Positions 24,745 to 37,188 of a stretch of DNA of 64,000 nt are shown here, piece after piece. Position 1 is the first letter of the stretch. Each line of letters starts with the position of its first letter. The notes below the pieces were generated by a model that ran no database searches, was not told the DNA's origin, and worked only from the letters and a program-made list of their open reading frames with translations. The position numbers and the translations under genes were made by a program. Origin of the DNA: Haliotis rufescens (lineage: Eukaryota); NCBI RefSeq assembly GCF_023055435.1, contig NW_025964361.1, positions 47,740,001 to 47,804,000 of the forward strand, read 5' to 3'.

Positions 24745-24882
24745 GTAAGTAAATATTACAGAATTGTGTTTTATGATGTGTGTGTAATATTATTACATGA
24801 ACATAAAATGTTATTCATGAACTATTAAGATAATCATTGAGTGTATTGGATCATTCATCATGTTCACAGGGATTTGCCTAAT

Positions 24883-25383
24883 CAGAGCTCCAGATAAGCT
24901 TTTGGTGTTGTGGGTATTTTACCCATGCATTTTATAATCATTTGGTATCAGTAATTCTATCTGGGTATTCAAATTTCTGTTACCCACTAGTTTTTACACA
25001 TGTGGGTATTTTAGTTAAATATTTAAAAACACTCTTCATCTAGTCCCTGCAAACTGGTGTCGTGTGGGTTCGAGAGCTTTATAGGATGATACCACGATAC
25101 TTCCACAAGAAAGTGTGATGGCAAATGATCATGATGTAACTGTCATCGTGGAGTTTGGCAAGGTTGACGGAATGCCCGTTAATAATTTCAAAATAAGTTG
25201 CTGATTTGCTAATCGAATATGCAGGGTTACTTCACAATATTTTGATGATATGCACAAGTTTTATTTTTGTAGCGTATCTGTAATGTTCGTTGCATATTTG
25301 ATACGCTTGGATTTTATTTTACTGCATATTTCTGCATTTCTGATGCATATTTCACGCAGATACGCAGCTTATCTGGAGCTCTG
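24883..25383. mobile_element. MITE with 17-bp TIR and 6-bp direct flank repeat
   Basis: CCTAAT|CAGAGCTCCAGATAAGC...GCTTATCTGGAGCTCTG|CCTAAT. Confidence 0.85.
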
Positions 25384-25697
25384 CCTAATACCCTATAAGA
25401 GTTTGTACCTGTGGCAGAATAAAAACAACATTCAGTTATGACATTTGATTATCGTTGAAAAGTGTTTATTTAGTGTTTACTATATTAAAGATGGTATTGA
25501 ACCTTTTTTGAAATTTTATTCTGTGCATCAAAATTGACTTTGCAAAGTTTGACTGGATTGGCAAGCGTGATATTTATGTACGATTTGACATGTGGTAGTG
25601 TTTGTCAAAATATTTCAGTTCAAAATTCATTTTCTTAAGTCACAAGCATCTAACAGATTATCCTGTTCTCAAGGTTTTACACTGCTATTTTAGAAAG

Positions 25698-25859
25698 AGA
25701 GCGAGTATGGTTTTACGCCACTTTTAGCAATATTCCAGCAATATCACAGCGGGGGACACCAGAAATGGGCTTCACCGATTGTAACCATGTCGGGAATCGA
25801 ACCCGGGTCTTTGGCGTGATGAGCGAACGCTTTAACCACTAGACTACCCGACCGCCCCC
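25698..25859 (-). mobile_element. SINE A with TSD
   Basis: TSD TATTTTAGAAAG. Confidence 0.92.
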
Positions 25860-26089
25860 TATTTTAGAAAGGGAAGAACAGCTTAAACATCTTTGTTTTT
25901 ACCTATCACATGATATTAAATGAACTCAACCATTTAATAATATTTTACCATCCTCCTCTAAATTAGTATCCTCATTCCGGTTACTCATGTATGAAGAAAA
26001 GCAGTCAACACTTGAGAATCTATACTTTTTTAATAGACCAATATTAGCATGATTAGAATATTCTTTGGAAGTCAGGGATTAACAGGACC

Positions 26090-26900
26090 ACCATTAATGA
26101 AATTCAACTTGAATTATAACAACTAGAGGCAGCAAGGATAGTGAAGTGTCTTCCATCAAGCCTATATTACAAACTCGCTGGGCACCGCTTAAGGAAAAGC
26201 ATAGACTTAAAAAAGCAACTATTGATACATAAAGTTTTCAACTACCAATGTCCGTCATATATATCTAACTTATTACCTTCCAATATTTCTTCTGTTACTA
26301 AATATAAGTGGCCTCATAAAATCAACATAGTTATACCTTTTGCTTGCACATCAACTTTTGAAAACGCCTCTATACCAAGTGCTTTACGTGCCTGGAACTC
26401 TCTTTATTATGAAGTGAAAGAAAAAACATCTTTGTCGCATTTTGAAAACGTATGAATATGAAACCAACAAAAGTTCCTGACTACTTCAGCTGTAGTGAAA
26501 GAGCAGTTAACATACTACATACAAGGCTCATACATAACTGTAGTAAGCCCAATGCTGATTGCTACAGAGTAAACCTATCTGATTAATCATCATGCTCTTG
26601 TAGGGGCAGTCGGGTAGCCCAGTGGTTAAAGCATTCGCTCGTCACACCGAAGACCCGGGTTCGATTCCCGACATGGATACAATTTCTGGTGTCCCCCGCC
26701 ATGATATTGCTGGAATATTGCTAAAAGCGGCGTAAAACCCTACTCACTCACTCACTCACTCACTCATGCTCTTGTAAGTTTCAATGTGACAATGCATATC
26801 ACTATTTCCTTAAATGTACATATTGTTCATTATACAGACAAACCATGTTGAAAGAAATATCTGATGAAGGAATTCTTCCAAATTTAGAAATAATAATTTT
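26090..26900 (+). mobile_element. Decayed non-LTR retrotransposon (CR1/L2-like) 3' remnant, interrupted by a SINE
   Basis: ORF 26141-26455 ...LIHKVFNYQCPSYISNLLP...FENASIPSALRAWNSL resembles the post-RT C-terminal region of CR1-group LINEs. Confidence 0.6.
26603..26763 (+). mobile_element. SINE A with TSD, inserted in LINE remnant
   Basis: TSD TCATGCTCTTGTA. Confidence 0.92.
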
Positions 26901-27902
26901 TTTGTAATAAGGAATCATTATCATGTTTATATGATACTGACATATCATTTTTATATCTGGTTGTAAATATGTAACATCATAGCAGCTAAACTACTCTAAT
27001 AATCACATCTTATATTGTCATTATACAGTTGAACTCCATGTTTCGGTTTCTGATAAGTGTTTCATGTAACTTTACAACCGATGATGTATATACTTTATAT
27101 TTTTTTACCCTTTTAGATAGTCACACCCTTAGCTAAATTATATCTTCTATTGTTGTCATAATGTTAAATATTAGCTGCACTGCACATTGTACATATTTGA
27201 ATGTATATAATATTGTAGCCAAAGCCAAACATGTACAAATTTCCATCATGTTTTTTTCTTGATGTTCTAATAAGGATCTTGAGGATTTTGTAAGTGAATC
27301 CCTTTTTTGTCGAATCCTAGGATTTCTGTGAATGTTTAAAGTAACATTTCAGGACTTCAATACTTTAACCATGTTAACTGATGTTTTTGAATTATTCAAA
27401 ATTTATGCAGTATTCAGGCAAGAGGTTTAAGTTGCACAATAAATGTGCTGTTTTAGGGAAAATATTTTACCACAAATTGTAAATCTCAAATGGTTTTTTA
27501 AAAAGAATTATCGTGAAATATTTGGAAAACTAATCTTTAAACGTTTTGAATATTGTATTCCGCTTTTAATATCTAACATTATATAAAATAATACTTGTAC
27601 CATTTAGATTGCATGTGAAATATGATATTTTATGTGGAAACATTTAAACAAAATGAAACTGACAGGTATATTTATACATTTTTCAAGATTGAGCCAGGAA
27701 AGTACAAGGAAAGTATAAGAATAAGAGTGGGGACAGATTCTCCATTCTCAGAGTCCATTCTTCAAACAGATTCATTCCAGTCAGTGACTCAGGGAATTAA
27801 GAAGAATATTTCTTTGTTAGAATCTTGGGGCAGACTGTAAACTGTGTGAAGCTGATGTAAAATCTCCCCTGTGTTCAGCTGTGCTTTGTGTCATGTTGTC
27901 AG

Positions 27903-27994
27903 GTCAGTGAAGTATTGCGGTCAAGTGGGGTGGACAATGAGACTGTCGGTCTGTGTGTGCCCCCCAACATTCACCTGCCATCTGTCCTCCTTGG
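27903..27994 (+). CDS. AASDH: AASDH exon 2
   Basis: tcag|VSEVLRSSGVDNETVGLCVPPNIHLPSVLLG|gtgagt, phase 0-2. Confidence 0.85.
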
Positions 27995-29176
27995 GTGAGT
28001 CAGTCCTCTTACAATGGTCCTCTGTGCCGATGATAAGAGGATTTGTTTTGGTCTAATATGTTTTTGATGAATTATTGTTATTGTATCTGCTACGACTGAT
28101 GTGAATGTTTACAGAGGAAGCAACTGTGTTAATACTATTATGTATACGTTACAGTCAGTGTGTAAAATGACTTAAACTTTTACTTTGGCAATTTACTAGA
28201 TGCCAACATTGTTCAGTATTTTACAAATTGATTGAAAATGGTTCCTTTTATTATATGGTAACAAATTTCCACTCACTGAAAATGTTAGGATTACAAGAAA
28301 ACAAAAGACATGTATGTTTGGTGTATTTTTTGGCTCTTAATCCCAGCATAATTAGTCTATTATGATGTTTTTAAGCCCTTTTGAACTTCTTTATAATTTT
28401 TCAGTCAGTCTGTGAAAAGATTTAGGCATTTTATAAATTTCTAAGTGAAGCACCTTTTACATATTGACTGATGGTACACATTCACTGTAACATGTAACTT
28501 GTTAAAAACCGTTATATTTGATTTGCTTATTACAAATATATTGTGACTATATGAGCTAATGACATAAAGAGCGCCGAAAGGTCTAGACCTTTGGTTAATG
28601 GATGCATCATAAAGCTTTTGGCCCAGACTTTGTAGCAAAGCATAGTTGATGATTAGGATAACTTCAGTTCATAGAGGACAATGTTTTTTTTTCTTTAGAA
28701 TCTTGGAATCACAGAAGTCTTGTTGGACTAGAAATGTTTGCTGTTAATTGTCTCATCCCAAACTATAAGACCCATGTCAATATAAAACTGTTGATAGCAG
28801 CTATAAGAAGACATCACACCATCTTTATTGTCGTCTCAGGAAGGATAATCCTGTTTACATCGACAATACTTGTCACTGTACTAATACTTCTTGTAAATGG
28901 AATCAAAATATATGTATTTACTTTGACTTGAGGTTTTGAAATTCCTTGTATTATAGAACTAATGCCATGGTTAAAATACTTTTTTCAAAGATGAAATAAA
29001 TTCCTAGCCCCTTACGGGTTCTCTGAAGATAAAATTCTCTTAAAATTATTATCTTGTGACAATGTTTATTCTGTGAACTAGTTGGTAAAGTACTTAACAC
29101 AACTAAACTGAGCCATCCTGAACATGTAAATGCTTTTAGTCTACATAGTTTAAGTTAACCTATGTCTTTTCTTCAT

Positions 29177-29545
29177 CGACTGCATGGTCTAGTGGTAGAG
29201 CGTCCGCCCAGAGAGAGGAAGGTCCGGGGTTCGATCCCCAACCGTGTCATACCAAAAGACTTTAAAAGATGGTACTTGTTGTTACCCTGTCTGGTGCTCG
29301 GCATTAAGGGGCTAAAACAAGGACTGGTCGGCTGGGAGTCAGTATACTGTGTCTGAGTGGGGTATTCATGTTAAACTGCGGCATGGTATCTCAGTGGGCT
29401 AGCACTATAAAATCATCATTATTCCGGACTAGTACAAACAGCCATACACAAACATGCATGCACGTCATGTGAGTGCAATAATCTTGGACGTGACGTTATT
29501 TCACCATTTCACCATTTCACCATTTCACCTCACCTTTCACTTCAA
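29177..29545 (+). mobile_element. tRNA-derived V-domain SINE
   Basis: A box TGGTCTAGTGG, B box GGTTCGATCCC, then GTCATACCAAAAGACTTTAAAAGATGGTAC...GCATTAAGGG (V-SINE-like core); (TTTCACCA)n tail. Confidence 0.75.
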
Positions 29546-29715
29546 CTTTTGTCATCAAACTGTATTCACGTGGTTAGCACGTTTAAAATTGAAAGGGCAC
29601 ACCTGTTAATCACGTAAACATTATGCCCGTGGCACACGTGAAGAAACTGCATTACTGCCTTGAACTCCTTGAATCTTGTTAATTAGATTCTACCCAATCT
29701 CTGGCCATGTTGCAG

Positions 29716-29833
29716 GATTCTTCAGACGCCAGCGTCCTTCTTCCCCTTCGACTCCGATGGAAGTGTGTACCTTCGCCAGGCTCTCCCCCAAGTGGGGGTC
29801 AGGTTTCTCCTCGTCGATGTTGATCACTTGCAG
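29716..29833 (+). CDS. AASDH: AASDH exon 3
   Basis: tgcag|ILQTPASFFPFDSDG...VRFLLVDVDHLQ|gtgact, phase 2-0 (adenylation A2 region). Confidence 0.88.
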
Positions 29834-31094
29834 GTGACTATCTTCATTGCTCGTTTAGTTGTCTCACACCTTGGTTTATTTGGGGAACAACTAACCTATC
29901 CTCCCGAGGCAAGGACGTTAACTGACTATAAAAGTCCAGTTTCTACCTGTGCCGAACTAGGCTAGAATTATGGAGTTATGTTTTGGCTGGACTACGAGTC
30001 TATGCATAGTCCAGTAAAAAAAACCCATTGTGTATCGAAATCGACATCCTGTTGGTAAACTGCCATGCAGTCGATTGCAGGATTTGCAAAGCATGTGGAC
30101 CGTCAATTTAGCGTCAACATATATATTCCAAATCTTTTCATGTTATTAATCAAGGTGCTCGCGTCATTTGGTGCACTTCTTAAAGTAAGACCCGATTTAT
30201 TACAATAAAGATCTTGATTATCGAGCAGATCGTCTTCAATGTGTTGATCAGTCATCAGCTAACCCTTTACTGTATTTCTTAGCAAGGCTTCTGATAATGG
30301 ATGTAGGTGGAGGTACTGCTACATTCAAGCTAGCTTCATCTTACTGCCAATCACAAAAGAAAAGGCTCAGTCTCATTGCATTCTGCCATTAGAACTAGTC
30401 CATATTACCTACTGTTAGGGAGGATAACTTGAGTTGTGACCTGACAATTGATCCCATATGACTACCATATTTTCTTGAGTTTAGTGCACACTTTTTTTCC
30501 CAAAAAACACAGCTGGGTAGAAGGGGGTGCGCATTATACACACCATAATGAGTTTTGATGTTTTTTCCCCCCAACACAAAGACATTACCGTGAGCACGTA
30601 ACACAGGAAATACCATGTAAAAAATCCATACTGAAGTACGCAAATTAATCATGTAATTACACTGTCTGGTTATAAAAAGTGTTCATTGTGTATCTGGATA
30701 TGTTTGTAACTTATTTCATTAATTTTATTCAAAATTCCTGTATGCCCACTGGCACATACCATTGTGAAGAAAGGGGTAGCAGGTGGTCTGCTACAAGTAG
30801 TGCGAGTCTTGTTAGTTCAATAGCACATTAGAGTACATGCTGATGTGAGGTACCCGATGACTGTGAAAATTTACTTTTTTACCCTAGAGAGCAATAACGA
30901 GTAGTGTCAATGATTGTAAAGGTTGAGACCCTGACGTAGTGATAGCTGACTCAATGACATACTCCTCAATTAATCGCACGTAATTGTTGATGGGGTTTCA
31001 GCATACTGTAAATGTAATATTGCTAGCTGGATATATGTTGAGATAACTGGATAATCATCTCACTAGTCTTCACATTCTGATGCGCTTTAGCATA

Positions 31095-31510
31095 TGTAGC
31101 AGGGCGTGGAGTCATCCCACAGATGACATCCTACCTTGTCAGCTTGCTTTGCTTTGGTCATGTGGACAAGGCGTCCGACCTCGGATCAGAAGGTTCGTGG
31201 TTCGAATCCCATCACGAGACTCGGAAATTTTATGGCCGCTACATTGGCGCCAAACGTAGGGCTGAGCACGTTCATATTAAATTTGAGCAAAATAAGCCTC
31301 AGTACCCTACTATGCAGCCCGGGACGTGCCTTCTGTTGACGGGGGAGTATGTAGCAGGGCGTGGAGTCATCCCACAGATGACATCCTTACCTTGTCAGCT
31401 TGCTGACGGGGTTAACCTCTTTGGTCATGTGGACAAGGCGTCCGACCTCGGATCAGAAGGTCCATGGTTCGCATCCCATCACGGGACTCAGAAATTTTAT
31501 GGCCGCTACA
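31095..31510 (+). mobile_element. TRIM (non-autonomous miniature LTR retrotransposon) with tRNA-Arg-like sequence in its LTRs, Helenus-type
   Basis: LTRs 31095-31243 and 31350-31510 (TGTAGC...GCTACA); PBS TGGCGCCAAACGTAGGG at 31245; PPT GGGGGAG at 31341; flanks CATA/CGTA. Confidence 0.9.
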
Positions 31511-32810
31511 CGTAGATACAGACAGACCCTTGGCAATGCTAGCTTTTGACAATGCTTCAGATATATTGTACAACCTTTCTCCATGTAATTTGTGACATTA
31601 TTGGCCAATTTTCGAGCCTGAGTATGTATGATTTGGCCATGCTTACCTAGCTTTGACATGTTTATTTGTTTGTAATTAACTTCTTTCAAACGACTTGTAG
31701 AGAATTCTGGTATCGACTTGTCACACCAACCTCTGAATAGTCTTATGAAAAACGCATGAATCCATGGGAGTCAATTTCATCGTCATGACCTGCACGTGCA
31801 CAACATGCATACACCCTCTCTACCTGTAACAAACCTAATATGTTTGGCCAAATTCTCTGCACTGCCTACTTGTCTCAAAATCACATTTTGTGAGTTGGTT
31901 TAACTTATCCTGGATTACCATGTGGGTTAAACACAGACTAGTTGAGATCGCAATAAGGTGAAGCTAAGCTGGTGGCATAGAGTAGGTGGATGGATGACAA
32001 CGCTCAGCAAACTTGACGCATGAAAGTTTTAGAGCTTCCATAGCTTTCCATAGATTATTAAAATATATGATGTCGTTCAAAATATCCGACAATCGCTTCC
32101 TGGTTGAGAAGATAATATGAATGCAAAACCTTCTTGTTAGGGCTGGCTATGATAATCGATAATTGGAATTATCATCGATGGGAAGAAATATTATTAATCA
32201 TTGATATGAAACTGTTGTCATTGATAATAACTGACATAAACTATTGTGATGAAATAAAGTTTAGATTAACCGAAACAGACTTATCATTGTCAATAATGTA
32301 ATTATCGATCTCTATGATCTATATCGATAACTTGCACTACTTCTTGTGGCGAAACGTGCTTTAAACCATGATGAGAATGTAATTTGAGTGCACACTAATC
32401 CATTGACTTGGCTAATACTTGTGAAGTGCCACGAACAAGCTTCAGGGTATGGATACAGCACACTATATATCAGTCTCCAAAAAAATTGCCAGCCCGTGGC
32501 TGGTAACTTTTCTGTCGGGCTGCATGAAATTTTCCTCCATCTGCCCGATTATCCGGCAGATAATTTTAAGACTACTTATTATAACTCCTTGTAGATTCTC
32601 AAGTAATTGTTTGCATTAACTAAATCAAGACATGATTTGTCTCTTAGTTTTTGCAATTTTTCAATATTTTTTATGTCTGAATGCGGGCAGATAACTTTAA
32701 AGATGGACAAGCAACACTTATGAATCACCTGCCCGACTGTCTTTTTGGGTTTTGAAATTATTTTGAACACTGCTATATATGCATTTATTATTATTATTAT
32801 TATTATGCAG

Positions 32811-33025
32811 AGACTGGAAGATGTGACCAACACCCTGCATGGAGCTGTGGTACCCTGTATGGAGTTGTTTGAGCTTGGCCTGGTTCTTGTGTCACTGCGG
32901 GATATCTTGCCACGCCCACAAGCCAGCTCATTAGCATACTGCATCACCACGTCGGGGACAACCAGCGTGCCAAAGGTGGTCCGCGTCCCACACAGCTGCA
33001 TCGTGCCCAACATTCAACATCTGAG
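32811..33025 (+). CDS. AASDH: AASDH exon 4 (AMP-binding P-loop)
   Basis: tgcag|RLED...LAYCITTSGTTSVPKVVRVPHSCIVPNIQHLR|gtagga. Confidence 0.95.
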
Positions 33026-34095
33026 GTAGGATATACTGTATATATCATCTGAAGTAGGATATACTGTATATATCATCTGGAGTAGGATACACTGTATACA
33101 ACATCTGAAGTAGGATATACTGTATACAGCATCTGAAGTAGGATATACTGTATACAACATCTGAAGTAGGATATACTGTATACAGCATCTGAAGTAGGAT
33201 ATACTGTATACAGCATCTGAAGTAGGATATACTGTATACAGCATCTGGAGTAGGATACACTGTATACAACATCTGAAGTAGGATATACTGTATACAGCAT
33301 CTGGAGTAGGATATACAGTATACAGCATCTGGAGTAGGATACACTGTATACAACATCTGAAGTAGGATATACTGTATACAACATCTGAAGTAGGATATAC
33401 TGTATACAGCATCTGAAGTAGGATATACTGTATACAGCGTCTGAAGTAGGATATACTGTATACAGCATCTGAAGTAGGATATACTGTATACAACATCTGA
33501 GGTAGGATATACTGTATACAGCATTTGAGGTAGGATATACAGTATACAGCATCTGGAGTAGGATACACTGTATACAACATCTGAAGTAGGATATACTGTA
33601 TACAGCACCTGAAGTAGGATATACTGTATACAGCATCTGAAGTAGGATATACTGTATACAGCATCTGAGGTAGGATATACTGTATACAGCATCTGAGGTA
33701 GGATATACTTTATACAGCATCTGAAGTAGGATATACTGTATGCAGCATCTGAAATAGGATATACTGTATGCAGCATCTTAAGTAGGATATACTGTATACA
33801 GCATCAGAAATAGGATATACTGTATACAGCATCTCAAGTAGGATATACTTCTTGTATCATCTCAAGTAGGAAATACTTCTTGTATCATCTCAAGTAGGAT
33901 ATACTATATAAATATTATCTCAAGTAGGATATACTGTATATGTAATCTCAGGTAGGCTACACTGTATATATCACCTCAAGAAGGAGAAACTGTAAATATC
34001 ATCTGAGGTAGGATATACTGTATATATCATCTGAGGTAGGATATACTGTATATATCATCTGAGGTAGGATATACTGTATATATCATCTGAGGTAG
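33018..34095. repeat. 28-bp minisatellite starting inside AASDH exon 4
   Basis: (CATCTGA(A/G)GTAGGATATACTGTATACAG)n. Confidence 0.97.
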
Positions 34096-34164
34096 ATATT
34101 ATTTTGTTCATCTCAGGTAAAAAGAAATCAATATGTTAACAAGGTGTATTATGTTTTACTGCAG

Positions 34165-34357
34165 GAAGATATACGAGCTGAACTCAGAGGACCTTTGTTT
34201 CCTTGCATCACCTTTGACCTTTGACCCAAGCATTGTGGAGATTTTTGTGACCTTGACCTCTGGTGCAACCTTGCTTATGACTAATAATGAAGTAAAAGCC
34301 TCACCTAAGAAGTTACTGGAGATACTGTACCATAGGAACCGTGTGTCAGTGCTACAG
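34165..34357 (+). CDS. AASDH: AASDH exon 5
   Basis: tgcag|KIYELNSEDLCFLASPLTFDPSIVEIF...RVSVLQ|gtaaac; A4 motif TFDPS. Confidence 0.95.
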
Positions 34358-34418
34358 GTAAACATGCATGTCAGGGCTATATGACAAGACTGTATAACTT
34401 CAGAACTTGTCTCAAGTA

Positions 34419-34837
34419 CCGTATATGACCGCGGATAAGCCAAATTTTGAGGACCAGAAAAAAGATTCTGTAGAAAGGGGTCGGCTTATCCACGGGATAC
34501 ACTTTCATGATACATGTAGTATTTTTCAGATCGTGATCTGTCAGAAACATTGCCTGAATGACGGTCCGATAGATTACAACTTCCCGAAAGTTTGGAAGTT
34601 CCACGACTAGAGCCATTATTGTTATAAATTATCAATAAAGTTATTATTATACACCAATTTTGTCATTATTAAAAAAATGTTATGCATGTTACTACTTCCG
34701 ATAATAAGTTTTCAATTGAATGTTCAAAGTTGCTCAAAACCATATATCATTTTCTTTCGTATTTCAATGGTCAAGTTAACACCTCGGCTTATCTACGGGG
34801 TCGGCTTATCCGCGGTCGGCTTATCCGCGGTCATATA
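34419..34837. mobile_element. MITE, same family as 23389-23624
   Basis: TA|CCGTATATGACCGCGGATAAGCC...GGCTTATCCGCGGTCATATA; shares internal segment (TTTCGTATTTCAATGGTCAA) in reverse orientation. Confidence 0.85.
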
Positions 34838-35190
34838 GAATATTGCAAGAATAGATCCCTCCCAGGTGTTGGTGTTATGGTTGACCCTGGACAATCCAAC
34901 ACACATGTATTACCTACCTGTGTACAGGTACCAGACCCTTTCTTTACTGGAGACAAACATTTATGAAGAAATAATCGTACAGATAACTGTTTTCTCCAGA
35001 AGAATATTCCAAAAGACTGAAAGCAAATGAAAATCTTATCTTTCATCTGTAAAGTGTTTGTGGAGCGAATATCAAATAGTAGCAATTCAAATCAAGGTAT
35101 GGTGCAACTAGCTGACAGTCTTCTGCATGGGTAGAGATAGATGTTGGGAGCTGCGATGTTGTTTGATGAAGATGCTTTGTATGACCCTAC

Positions 35191-35727
35191 CTTCTCTCTG
35201 TAAAACTATGTTTTGGTGTTCTCTCTGTAAGACTATGTTTTGGTGTTCTCTCTGTAAGACTATGTTTTGGTCTTCTCTCTGAAAGACTATGTTTTGGTCT
35301 TCTCTCTGTAAGACTATGTTTTGGTCTTCTCTCTGTAAGACTATGTTTTGGTCTTCTCTCTGTAAGACTATGTTTTGGTCTTCTCTCTGTAAGACTATGT
35401 TTTGGTCTTCTCTCTGTAAGACTAAGTTTTGGTCTTCTCTCTGTAAGACTATGTTTTGGTCTTCTCTCTGTAAGACTATGTTTTGGTCTTCTCTCTGTAA
35501 GACTATGTTTTGGTCTTCTCTCTGTAAGACTATGTTTTGGTCTTCTCTCTGTAAGACTATGTTTTGGTCTTCTCTCTGTAAGACTATGTTTTGGTCTTCT
35601 CTCTGAAAGACTATGTTTTGGTCTTCTCTCTGTAAGACTATGTTTTGGTCTTCTCTCTGAAAGACTATGTTTTGGTCTTCTCTCTGTAAGACTATGTTTT
35701 GGTCTTCTCTCTGAAAGACTATGTTTT
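35191..35727. repeat. 27-bp minisatellite
   Basis: (TTCTCTCTGTAAGACTATGTTTTGGTC)n, ~20 copies. Confidence 0.97.
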
Positions 35728-36027
35728 GGGGCAAGCACTTGATATTCCGGGGTTGGGAGCATTGGATTGTTTTGAAAATGATATTCTGTTCCTGAAAATA
35801 CTGGAAAAAGTAAATCTGTCCCCAGGTTTAACAAAACAATATAAAATCACTTCGTGGATGTGCGGGATGTTCTTGAAAGTAATGTGTTGTGGTGAACAGA
35901 ATCATGTTGTTCCTCCTAAACATGAAACATGTTTGTAAGTACTGAATTACTTGAACCACTGACAGAAAGATTCTTCTGTCGCAAACACCGACTACGGCTC
36001 CCCCCAGAATGTTAACTGGTCAGTACC

Positions 36028-37188
36028 ATATCATGATTATTTCTTCATCTTACCCTCTGTCTACATGATCCCATCATTATTCCTTCATCTTACCCTCCTG
36101 GCTACATGATGCCATCATTATTCCTTCATCTTACACTCCTGTCGACATGACGCCATCATTATTCCTTCATCTTACACTCCTGTCTACATGACACCATCAT
36201 TATTCCTTCATCTTACACTCCTGTCTACATGACGCCATCATTATTCCCTCATCTTACACTCCTGTCTACATGACGCCATCATTATTCCTTCATCTTACAC
36301 TCCTGTCTACATGATGCCATCATTATTCCTTCATCTTACACTCCTGTCTACGTGACGCCATCATTAATCTTTCATCTTACACTCCTGTCTACATGACGCC
36401 CTCATTATTCCCTCATCTTACACTCCTGTCTACATGACACCATCATTATTCCTTCATCTTACACTCCTGTCTACATGACGCCATCATTATTCCTTCATCT
36501 TACACTCCTGTCTACATGACACCATCATTATTCCTTCATCTTACACTCCTGTCTACATGACGCCATCATTATTCCTTCATCTTACACTCCTGTCTACATG
36601 ACGCCATCATTATTCCTTCATCTTACACTCCTGTCTACATGACAACATCATTATTCCTTCATCTTACCCTCCTGTCCACATTGTGCCATCATTATTCCTT
36701 CATCTTACACTCCTGTCTACATGACAACATCATTATTCTTTCATCGTACCCTCCTGTCCACACGGTGCCATCATTATTCCTTCATCTTACCCTCCTGTCC
36801 ACACGGTGCCATCATTATTCCTTCATCTTACCCTCCTGTCCACATGGTGCCATCATTATTCCTTCATCTTACCCTCCTGTCCACACGGTGCCATCATTAT
36901 TCCTTCATCTTACCCTCCTGTCTACATGACACCATCATTATTCCTTCATCTTACAATCCTGTCTACATGACGCCATCATTATTCCTTCATCTTACACTCC
37001 TGTCTACATGACACCATCATTATTCCTTCATCTTACCCTCCTGTCCACATGGTGCCATCATTATTCCTTCATCTTACACTCCTGTCTACATGACACCCTC
37101 ATTATTCCTTCATCTTACACTCCTGTCTACATGACGCCCTCATTATTCCTTCATGTTATAATCCTGTCCAGATGACGCCATCATTGTT
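36028..37188. repeat. 41-bp minisatellite ending inside AASDH exon 6
   Basis: (ATGACGCCATCATTATTCCTTCATCTTACACTCCTGTCTAC)n, ~28 copies. Confidence 0.97.

Noticed and set aside
31150-31218. Functional tRNA-Arg(TCG) gene
   Set aside because: Acceptor and D stems are degraded and the sequence is part of an LTR.
35191-35727. Junction-derived origin for the 27-bp array (contains CTGTAAG)
   Set aside because: Not adjacent to any exon I can identify; the same holds for the 14-bp array (6482) and the 24-bp arrays (10455, 47268).
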